64,000 nucleotides of DNA from an uncultured virus (IMG/VR IMGVR_UViG_3300032223_003290) (Duplodnaviria; Heunggongvirae; Uroviricota; Caudoviricetes). Below are positions 38,536 to 47,500 of the stretch, piece after piece. Made by a program: the position numbers and the translations under genes. Position 1 is the first letter of the stretch, and every line of letters starts with the position of its first letter. The DNA lies in the IMG/VR virus record IMGVR_UViG_3300032223_003290. One strand, 5' to 3'. The notes beneath the pieces were generated by a model. That model searched no databases, had not been told where the DNA came from, and saw only the letters and a program-made list of their open reading frames with translations.

Positions 38536-39887
38536 TATTCAACTACATAAGCATTAGGGTTTGAAACACAATCTTTGCCAATAAATACTTTCTTAACTTC
38601 AGGGTGATTCAATCCCAATAATTCAAATGCAGCCCCGGATAAAGAAGCTTTAACAATTGAATTCAAAGCTCTTGTCCCTGTTCCTGACTTGATGGCTTTT
38701 TCAACTACTTCATCAAAATAATTTTCATCAAATTCTAATTTCACATTTGATTCAGCAAACATAATTTGATTCTTGATAATTGGGGAATCTTCAAGCTCTA
38801 AAAGGCAATATAGCATTTGTTCTTTTGACAATGGAACTAATGGTACAATTGACTGTATTCTGCCCACAAATTCTGTTGACATTCCATATTCAATCAAGCT
38901 TTCAGCTAATATTTCATGGGATGCCTGATTATAAATTTCATAATTTTTTACTTGTGCTTCATAATCAACTGTTTTGGTATTTCTAAAACCAATTGTGCCT
39001 TCAGTTAAGCCTAATTTTTTGGCAACAATTTTTTCCAAACCATTAAAAGCACCACCGAAACAAAATAAAATACTAGATGTGTCAACTATTACAGGAGGAG
39101 ATCCTTGCTCGCCAATTGCATTAGAACTAACTTTGACTTTTTTGCCTTCAATCAACTTAAGCAGAGTGCTTTGTGTCGAATAATGAAAACTCTCAAGTCT
39201 GGTGGCAGAACTCATGTTTGATGCTAATTTGTCAATTTCATCAATAAAAACAACACCTTTTTCAGCTAGAGTTGACTCTCCATTTGCTTTGATCAATAAA
39301 TCAGTAATACAAGAATCAGCATCAGACCCTTGAAATCCAGTAGGGGAAAATGAAGTGGCATCTCCAGCAACATACGGTACATCAAGATAGTTTGAAATTG
39401 TATTTACAATTAAGGTTTTACCACTACCAGATGGACCAAGAAATAATATATTTTGTTTATCATTCAAACGGTGATGAACAATATTTCGCATATGTTCGAA
39501 TACTGCTATGCTAATTCGCTTTTTGGCATTATCTTGACCAACAACTTTTTGATTTAGATTTTGATAAAGGTCTTGTGGGGTAACTTTTTTGAAGCTTGAA
39601 TATTTTCTTTCAAACAAGAATTTTTTTGAAAGAGGAGCAACTTCAGCTAATTTTTCTTTCAAGCTTATTACTGGAGCCTCATCTTCTGCATTAATAATCA
39701 AAGACATAATGTTTTGATGTATTTGAAGCTGTCCGAACTTATTTCCAGTTTTATAACTTTTATAACATTGATCACAAAGATAAATTTTTGCTATTCTCTG
39801 CTCAAATATTTCTAATTCACCCAGAACATCTTTAGTAGCAGGTCTATCGCAAAAATTACAGGTGTGAACTAATGTCTTCTTATTCAT
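38535..39887 (-). CDS. clpX: ATP-dependent Clp protease ATP-binding subunit ClpX (divergent)
   Basis: N-terminal CNFC...CDQC zinc domain; VVGQDNAKK; Walker A GPSGSGKT; Walker B FIDEIDKL; LLKLIEG; IGF loop; EFVGR; AGGAGG RBS. Confidence 0.92.
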   Translation of the reverse strand: MNKKTLVHTCNFCDRPATKDVLGELEIFEQRIAKIYLCDQCYKSYKTGNKFGQLQIHQNIMSLIINAEDEAPVISLKEKLAEVAPLSKKFLFERKYSSFKKVTPQDLYQNLNQKVVGQDNAKKRISIAVFEHMRNIVHHRLNDKQNILFLGPSGSGKTLIVNTISNYLDVPYVAGDATSFSPTGFQGSDADSCITDLLIKANGESTLAEKGVVFIDEIDKLASNMSSATRLESFHYSTQSTLLKLIEGKKVKVSSNAIGEQGSPPVIVDTSSILFCFGGAFNGLEKIVAKKLGLTEGTIGFRNTKTVDYEAQVKNYEIYNQASHEILAESLIEYGMSTEFVGRIQSIVPLVPLSKEQMLYCLLELEDSPIIKNQIMFAESNVKLEFDENYFDEVVEKAIKSGTGTRALNSIVKASLSGAAFELLGLNHPEVKKVFIGKDCVSNPNAYVVE

Positions 39888-39918
39888 AAATTTCCCTCCT
39901 AAATATTATACAGATAGG

Positions 39919-39946
39919 TAGGATATATGCTAGTCCGCAAATAATA
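39919..39946 (+). promoter_or_regulatory. Candidate phage late promoter TAGG-N18-ATAATA
   Basis: Motif copy upstream of 39972; a divergent TATAAT (minus strand, 39905-39910) faces clpX. Confidence 0.45.
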
Positions 39947-39971
39947 TTATAATCGCTTTGGAGGAAAAAAT

Positions 39972-40205
39972 ATGGCAACAGTTGATAACAATTCACAAAA
40001 TAGAGGCAATGGAAAGTGGAAAATTCAAACCTACAATCCATCCGCACTTATAGGACCAATCGAGGGTGTTCTTATAGTGAATAAAGATTTCTACACTATT
40101 TACAAAGATGAAAAAATGGTGATATGTTTATTCAATGTTCCTAGCCAGAATGTAGCTTTTGCATATAACGAAATTCACGTACAAAATTTAGATATAAGTA
40201 AATAA
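39972..40205 (+). CDS. Hypothetical protein
   Basis: 77 aa; GGAGG RBS. Confidence 0.7.
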   Translation: MATVDNNSQNRGNGKWKIQTYNPSALIGPIEGVLIVNKDFYTIYKDEKMVICLFNVPSQNVAFAYNEIHVQNLDISK

Positions 40206-40206
40206 T

Positions 40207-40470
40207 ATGAGCCAAGAACCTGACAAGCAAAATCCAACATACGAAATGAAGATCATAAAGATTGATGGCGAAAATGCTATCAGGAGACTTCTTGCTCTTC
40301 AAAAAAACTACAACCCAACTGACGTGGAAGTTGATAGAAAATTGAAAAGATTATTTAAGTATTTGGAAGAAAGCTACGGTTCTATAGCCAACGTGAGATT
40401 ATATTCAAAAGGAATGAGTTTACAGCCAATCATAACTGAAGCTGTCTATCATTTATTTGGCAAAAAATAA
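40207..40470 (+). CDS. Hypothetical protein
   Basis: 87 aa; abuts the previous gene. Confidence 0.7.
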   Translation: MSQEPDKQNPTYEMKIIKIDGENAIRRLLALQKNYNPTDVEVDRKLKRLFKYLEESYGSIANVRLYSKGMSLQPIITEAVYHLFGKK

Positions 40471-40476
40471 TGAGAG

Positions 40477-41076
40477 TTGAATACATTACTTGAAATTTCC
40501 AATAAAATAACTCAATGCTCTCAAAATGATCGATTGGAAATAATCTTCAGTTTGAGAGCTTTTTTATTTGACAACCCAGTTTATTATTGGATTGATTTTA
40601 CATATTCAGAAAACTACGAAAAAGACCTAATAAACTGTCAAATCTTAAATCCAAATCTATCTAAAAAGATCAATGAAGATAACATAAAAAAGATTGGGAT
40701 AAAACCTATTGATTTATATTTATTACCTAAAAATAAAAAACTAGTCTTAATAAATCAAATTGAAGATATTTTTGAAGATTTACAACTAAGCGTAGTATAT
40801 GACATGGTGCGTCTTAACCCATTCTATGAAGATGTTCTTTACAATTTCATAAAAGATCATCAAGAAGAATTTTCAAAAAATATAATTAGTACTTATAAGA
40901 CAAGAAATAAAGATGTAATTTGTTTATTAGAAGAAGCAAATATAGAACATCAAATTTATGAAACTTGTTTTTTAATTGCTAGAAAAAACAAAATTATAGA
41001 TTATTGGACAAACATTTGGGGTCAGTCTACAAATTACAAAGATCCAACATTAATTGAACACCTTATCATAAAATGA
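40477..41076 (+). CDS. Hypothetical protein
   Basis: 199 aa; TTG start; ATGA overlap with the next gene. Confidence 0.65.
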   Translation: MNTLLEISNKITQCSQNDRLEIIFSLRAFLFDNPVYYWIDFTYSENYEKDLINCQILNPNLSKKINEDNIKKIGIKPIDLYLLPKNKKLVLINQIEDIFEDLQLSVVYDMVRLNPFYEDVLYNFIKDHQEEFSKNIISTYKTRNKDVICLLEEANIEHQIYETCFLIARKNKIIDYWTNIWGQSTNYKDPTLIEHLIIK

Positions 41077-41645
41077 AAGCATATTTAACATTTGCTAGAA
41101 GAAAAGAAGATGATGTGCATATGTTAGGTATTGAAAATCCATCCAACATTTGCGACATCTTGTTCGTGGGCCTTAGATCTGGACAACCTATTATTCCAGT
41201 AATTTCAAATAATAAAATTGTAGCTTTTTATATACTAGATATAGAAGGTAATTTATATCAAATAGTGGGCGATATTGATTACTTATTTGAACTAAATCAA
41301 TTGACAGATTTATCTTTAAAAAATTTACAAAAATATAATTTAATAAAATATTTCGTCTCTCATGTATTCGAATGTTTATCTATACAAGAGGCAAAATATA
41401 ATGCTGAAATCTTTGAATTATTAGAAGAAAAAATTTTTTATAATTTATTGCATATTGAAATCGAATTATTTAAGATAAAACAAGCAATAATAAAAGAAAT
41501 TAAAAAATCAGATCTATCAAATGCGTTGAAAGATAGATTATTATTTTGCTTGAAACAAACTAAGAATCCTAATAATAAGATACTGAATAAAAAAATTGAT
41601 GTAGATTTATCAGGGTATTCTATTTACATCAACACCCTTATTTAA
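41073..41645 (+). CDS. Hypothetical protein
   Basis: 190 aa; very AT-rich; coupled to the previous gene. Confidence 0.65.
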   Translation: MKAYLTFARRKEDDVHMLGIENPSNICDILFVGLRSGQPIIPVISNNKIVAFYILDIEGNLYQIVGDIDYLFELNQLTDLSLKNLQKYNLIKYFVSHVFECLSIQEAKYNAEIFELLEEKIFYNLLHIEIELFKIKQAIIKEIKKSDLSNALKDRLLFCLKQTKNPNNKILNKKIDVDLSGYSIYINTLI

Positions 41646-42107
41646 TAATCTCTGTACTTCTGCTTCATTAAATCTTTGGGCGGTTTCATTACATTTAGGA
41701 CAACAATTTTCACTCTTCTGCCACACTCTCTTCCCATCTCTTATTCCGGGCATTGAAAGAATAGGTAAGGTTTCAATTACACAATGACATCTATCGTGGA
41801 GTGGTGGTAATTGAATCAATGCTGTGGGATCATTTTCAATTTTCTGCACATTATCTTGTAAATCTTCAGGTGTAAAATTATCATCCCCAGAAGGATCATC
41901 TATAGTAATTTCAAGAGGATTAGGAGGACCAGATTCATCTCCCATCTGTTCATCTCTTTCTTCAGGCAAATCTTCTTCTGGTAATTCTAATGGAGTTTCA
42001 GCTGTTTGGGTCTCATCTGCATCTTCATCAGCAAATAAGTTGAATTTACGATCTCCAGAAATAGGAAGACCAAACATATTATATTTTTTAGCAAGTCGAT
42101 ACCACAT
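41610..42107 (-). CDS. MuF/SPP1 gp7-like minor head protein fragment with acidic N-terminus
   Basis: PPLHDRCHC resembles the PPxHPxCRC MuF signature; W.....CCPKC follows; begins MWYRLAK. Confidence 0.6.
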   Translation of the reverse strand: MWYRLAKKYNMFGLPISGDRKFNLFADEDADETQTAETPLELPEEDLPEERDEQMGDESGPPNPLEITIDDPSGDDNFTPEDLQDNVQKIENDPTALIQLPPLHDRCHCVIETLPILSMPGIRDGKRVWQKSENCCPKCNETAQRFNEAEVQRLLNKGVDVNRIP

Positions 42108-42115
42108 AAATCTTT

Positions 42116-42143
42116 TATTCTCTTTTTCTTTTATAACAGCCTT
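42116..42143 (-). promoter_or_regulatory. Candidate phage late promoter AAGG-N18-AGAATA
   Basis: Best-consensus copy, 8 nt upstream of ATG 42107. Confidence 0.55.
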
Positions 42144-43133
42144 ATGACAAATGAATTTGATCCTAAAAAAATTATTGATTTTGATAAAGATTATTATGAA
42201 ATTTTAGGATTGCAAAAACTTGATTTTCCTATTGGTAAATCAAGAGCAGATGTTATAAAAACTTCTGAAATCCTTGAAAAAGCATTCCGTGTTAAAGCGA
42301 GAAAATGCCATCCTGATTTTGGTGGATCTAATGAAGCCTTCTTAGATATTGTTAGAGCAAGAAGAATCTTAGAAGATCCATTGCTCAGAAAAATCTATGA
42401 TCAGGGTTTTTTTGAAGAATATACCCTTGTAGATGAAAATGATAGTTTTAAAGTAGATTGGGCTAAAATTGGTACATATCGCAAAGGTACACCAGAAGAT
42501 ACTATTGGTTTTAGTTTATTCTTACAATTGTGCGACGAGAAAAAAGATTTAGGATTAGTGCCAGCCTTTTTCCCAACAACAAATGAACATAACTACGAAT
42601 GGGATTTTGTAATTGAAGGGCAAGAAAAAACAAAATTAGTGATTTCTATTGTAAATGATGAAAATGAGGTATTGCGTTTAACATCAAACGAAGATGTAGA
42701 AAAAGCATTACCATTTAAAATTTACATATGTATTCCTAAAGCCAATCTAGTTTTTGTAAGAGAAGAAAATTCTGTTTTGTCTCCTGATGGTAAAACACTA
42801 GTAAATGGAAATATTACTAAAGCAGAATACAACGATTTAGATTTACTTGAAACAACAAATTTAGATACAGCAAATGATTATATTAAAAATAAATTAAAAG
42901 CAGATTTGACCAAGTTTCACAATGGGGAATTAAAACCAACAATCAAAGCAAACCAAGCTAAGATGATGGACAGTGAAGAGATGAAAAAATTTGACAAAGA
43001 TAAGCTTTCTGAAATATTAAATATTAGAAAATTTATTTTTGATAATGATGATAAAGCTGCTGAATTTTTAGAAAATATAGACAATAAAAGACCTGTTTTT
43101 AAGAAATCAGCAAAGCCTGAATTACCTTTTTAG
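42144..43133 (+). CDS. J-domain (DnaJ-type) protein with unrelated C-terminal domain
   Basis: DYYEILGL...KAFRVKARKCHPDFGG...ILEDPLLRKIYD; HPD motif intact; no G/F region or zinc finger. Confidence 0.88.
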   Translation: MTNEFDPKKIIDFDKDYYEILGLQKLDFPIGKSRADVIKTSEILEKAFRVKARKCHPDFGGSNEAFLDIVRARRILEDPLLRKIYDQGFFEEYTLVDENDSFKVDWAKIGTYRKGTPEDTIGFSLFLQLCDEKKDLGLVPAFFPTTNEHNYEWDFVIEGQEKTKLVISIVNDENEVLRLTSNEDVEKALPFKIYICIPKANLVFVREENSVLSPDGKTLVNGNITKAEYNDLDLLETTNLDTANDYIKNKLKADLTKFHNGELKPTIKANQAKMMDSEEMKKFDKDKLSEILNIRKFIFDNDDKAAEFLENIDNKRPVFKKSAKPELPF

Positions 43134-43161
43134 TAGGGCTGAAGAAGCATAAAAAAGAAAA
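43134..43161 (+). promoter_or_regulatory. Candidate phage late promoter TAGG-N18-AGAAAA
   Basis: Motif copy upstream of phoH and the 1941-aa virion gene. Confidence 0.4.
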
Positions 43162-43208
43162 CAATACTGTGATCATAAAATCAACAAAAATGCGAGGAGA
43201 CCAATAAT

Positions 43209-44576
43209 TTGGCAAAGCATATTTACATCATCGACACTTGTGTCTTACTTCACGATCCCCTTGCTCTTTATAAATTCGGTGACAATGATATTTATATCCC
43301 ATTAGCTGTCATCGATGATTTGGACGACATCAAGACAAGAAAAGAAAATGTTGGATGGTCAGCCAGACAAGTATTTAGAAATTTAGAGAATTATTCACTT
43401 CAAGATCTTCTTAAAGGCGTAAAAATAAACGAACTTGGTGGAAGATTGTTTGTCTACAATACAGAGTCTCCTTTACAAAAAAACGAAAGACCTAATATTG
43501 TCAAAGTACATTCAGACAACGCTATTATTGAGTGTTGTTTAGCCCTAAAATCTGCAAATCCTAGAAAGAAAGTAGCCATTATTACAAAGGATACTGGACT
43601 TCGTATTCGTGCTATAACTTGGGGTTGTGCAGCTGAAAACTATAGAGCTGATCAACTTAGCGATGAAATCTATACAGGTATTAGAAAGTTTGAATTAAAT
43701 AATGAAGCAGACTGGGCCTTACTTTGGTCTGATTATGAAATTGAACTAAAGAAATTATCTGAAGAAACGCTCACTAAACTTGGCGATATTTGTCCTAACG
43801 AATTTATTTTATTTCATTACGGAGATAAAATCTGTCCAGCTATTTACAGAAGAGGCATTTTAAAAGTTCTTAAAGAAAAATCAAATGCTAAAGAAGTAAA
43901 GGGATATTCTGGTGTTCAAGGAAAAAATTTAGAGCAAAAATGTGCTTTAGAAATTCTTGCTGATCTTACTATTCCTCTTGTAACTCTTTCGGGTCCAGCA
44001 GGTACAGGTAAATCTTTCTTAGCTCTTGCAGCTGCTTTACAACTTATTAATGAAGGTATATACGACAAGATTGTTGTTATGAAGCCTCTTATTGCTGTGG
44101 GTGGAAAAGACATTGGTGCTCTTCCTGGTGATAAGTTTGACAAAATCTCTGCTTGGTTAGGTCCAATTAAAGACAATATTGATCAAATCTTAGGTTCTAA
44201 ATCACTTTCTGCTAACAATATGTTTGAAGAAATGGTTAGAGATGGAATTATTGAAGTGGAAGCTATGGCCTTTATTCAAGGTAGATCCATTCCTAGATCT
44301 ATCATTATTCTTGATGAAGCTGAAAACATTTCACCTAGAGAAGCAAGGATGGTAGTAGAAAGATGCGGAAAAGACAGTAAAGTCATCCTTCTTGGCGATC
44401 TTTCTCAGGTCGAAAATCCTTATCTTGATGCAAAATCCAATGGTCTTTCCCATGCTATATCTGGTGGAAAGAAAAGTGATTTAGTCGCTTCTGTAACATT
44501 AAGTAAAGTCGAAAGATCTGAATTGGCTGCTGTGGCTAGTGAAATTTTCAATAGACCAGAAGCAAGAAGAAATTAG
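43209..44576 (+). CDS. phoH: PhoH-family ATPase with N-terminal PIN domain
   Basis: IIDTCVLLHDP (PIN), TKD..LR; Walker A GPAGTGKS; IGALPG; GRS; IILDEAEN; GD.SQ; TTG start with GAGGAG RBS. Confidence 0.92.
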   Translation: MAKHIYIIDTCVLLHDPLALYKFGDNDIYIPLAVIDDLDDIKTRKENVGWSARQVFRNLENYSLQDLLKGVKINELGGRLFVYNTESPLQKNERPNIVKVHSDNAIIECCLALKSANPRKKVAIITKDTGLRIRAITWGCAAENYRADQLSDEIYTGIRKFELNNEADWALLWSDYEIELKKLSEETLTKLGDICPNEFILFHYGDKICPAIYRRGILKVLKEKSNAKEVKGYSGVQGKNLEQKCALEILADLTIPLVTLSGPAGTGKSFLALAAALQLINEGIYDKIVVMKPLIAVGGKDIGALPGDKFDKISAWLGPIKDNIDQILGSKSLSANNMFEEMVRDGIIEVEAMAFIQGRSIPRSIIILDEAENISPREARMVVERCGKDSKVILLGDLSQVENPYLDAKSNGLSHAISGGKKSDLVASVTLSKVERSELAAVASEIFNRPEARRN

Positions 44577-44590
44577 TATTGGTAGTATAA

Positions 44591-47500
44591 ATGTCCCACG
44601 CTTTCATTTGGTCTGAAGTAAACGCTGATAATTCACAATCTGAAATTTATAGAGAAATTTCAAGTGCTGGATTTGGTACTAACATATCTGGCACTTGGAA
44701 TAAGAAGTTATTCAGATTAAAATGGATCAATACAAATGTCGATGATATCAGACTTTGGATTGATAATGAATTTGCGGACATTTATACTAACCAACATTAC
44801 CCAGTAATTAAAAATACCGACAATATAAAATTATTACAAAATTTAGGTTTTGACATTAGATTCACATTATTTGATTCTTTTGTAATTAATAAATTAAATG
44901 CAGATGTTGCTACTAGTTCTAATTTATCTGCAGCCACAATAGGCGGAACTAGTATAATTTACGCTCCAACTTACATAGATGGCGTAAAGCTAGATACCAC
45001 AAAAGTTGTTCTTGTCAAATCTCAAACATCAGCTTTTCAAAATGGACTTTATAGAGTTTCATCACAAACAAATAGTGGGGCAATTGGAGCTGTTGTAGCT
45101 GAAGATATCTTAACAGCAGCCAAAATTGCATCAGTTGGAAGTTCATCATTTTACCTATATAGTCCTTATCTTAATCCTTTTGAAAGTGCTGCTGCTGGGT
45201 CAACTACTTTTATATGGGTTGATAGAACAAACAGATATGCATTGACTGCTGTTCAATGTGCAACTATAGAAAATTTACAATCATCGGGAACTGGATTAAC
45301 AAATTCATCTATTGTATTAGATAATCATACTCTTACTGTGAATGATAGAGTTTTAGTAAAAGATCAAACTACTAAAGCACAAAATGGGATTTATTATGTT
45401 TCTAGTTTGACTAAACCAAATGCATCTTCATTATTTAATCCATACACTAGCACTGATACTGCTGATGATTATTGGAAGACAGCAGTAAACTATATAAATG
45501 CAAATGTCCCTGTCAGTGTTCAATTTATCAATGCTGGTGTAGCAAAAAGTGGTGGATATTTTAGATATTATTCTGCAACAGGAATTACAGGCGGAATAGC
45601 ATCTACAGCTACAATGAAGTGGGCTGATGCAACCTATAATTATGGACACACAAATGTTGATTATTATTATGAAATTACATCAGGAAGTGCCATAGGATTT
45701 AGTTATGACTTTGGAGCTAACACTGGTACATTAACAAGTACTCCAAGAACTATTACAAATTATTCTGGTGTTGCTACAACTTTATCAACTTCTAATAGAA
45801 TTTTAGTAAAACACTATAATCCAAGCTATAGTGGTATTTATTCAGTATCTAATGTTGGATTTGGTGCTACAGGATTGTGGGTAAGAGCCACTGATTTTGA
45901 TACTGCTGCTGAAATCAATCAAACTGTTGTTTATGCCTCAAATTCACATAACTCGTTAGGTGGCAATATATGGTATTTGGGAAAAACAACAACATATAAT
46001 TCCAATTTTGCATTGAATCTTGACAATATTAATATTCAAGAAAGATTTTATCCATACACTTATGAGCCTGTTACTAATCTTGTCCTAAATAATCAAAGCG
46101 ATTTGACAAGTGTAAGCACAGCGGATTTTATTAATTCTGGTATTGCAATTTCACAAAGAGTTCTTGTTGCTGGTCAAACTACATATCCGGCACAAAATGG
46201 AATTTACAAAGTTGCTTCAGTTTGTGCAACAGTTTATAGTTTGCAATTTTCCACTGATTATTCTGTCTTAAGAGGCAGTATAGCAGCAGTTACTCATGGA
46301 ACAACAGGAGCTGGAACAACTTATTTCCTTTATGCTCCAGGAACTGTTACTGCTGCAGGAGCAGTTGGTGTTACATGGGTTAATATTACCAATCAAAATA
46401 ATCTTTTTGTAACTGCATCAACAACAGTTGATAAATTTAGCTCAACTTATTTATCACCCAATGATTTTGATGTTCCGGTATCCATTGGAACATCTGTTTT
46501 GGTAAATACAAGTAATCAATTAATAAATGGTGTTTATTCTGTTTCAGCAATTGGTGCTTCAACTAAACAAGTTTTCAAATATTCTGACAGTCTTTCTTCT
46601 TGGACACAAAATATTTTCTCTAATATTTTATCTAGCAACGGAAATGGAACTTATGCTATATCTCCAAACTTGAAAAAACAAATTTCAGGAGTTATGCAAG
46701 TTGCTTCTATTGCATCAACTCATTACGGAGAAATATTTGTTCCTGAAATCTTATTTCCATCTTTTCAAAATTATGAAAGCTACTTTACGACTGAAGGTAA
46801 AGGCAGCTCAATATTACAAGAATTGGACTTTGATTGGTATGAACAAGATTATCAAAAATACAATGTTAAAGCAGTATTATTTGTAAACTCGGCCACTTCA
46901 TTGCCAACAACTTCAGGAACTGCAATTTCCAGTTTAATAAGAGCAACAACTGGAACTGGAAGAACTGTATTACAAGCCAATGATAGCATATTAGTATTTG
47001 TAGGTTCAGGTTATTCTTCTTCCAGTATTTCAAATGGAATTTACAGACCATCTTTCACAGGTATAGGAAGTGTTTATTTCACCCCTCATGAAGATTTTTA
47101 CTTCAATACTAAATTTACTCTAGGATCAGATCAAAAATCATTAGCATCCCCATACGAAAGACCTACTTTAGTAAAAATTGATTATGGCTATATGGGAGCT
47201 GGTACAACTTTTTCTTATGATAAAGTTTATATGCAATCTGAAGTAGGTGTAAGGCAAGGAACTTTTGGAAGCGATTATGCCTCAGCAGATTTGGATAAAT
47301 ATTTACATACGGGCTCTGAAGTTTATTATCAAGATTCTGAAATAAGATTAAGCGCCAATTCATTAGATTTATCCAAATTCCCAAGATTAGCACCAATTCA
47401 ACACATTTTAGCTGCTGATACAACATTAGATACTATAAGTCAAGATATCTTGACCGTTAGAAGAAATGGCACACAACTTTATAGCACTAGATCAGGTGAT

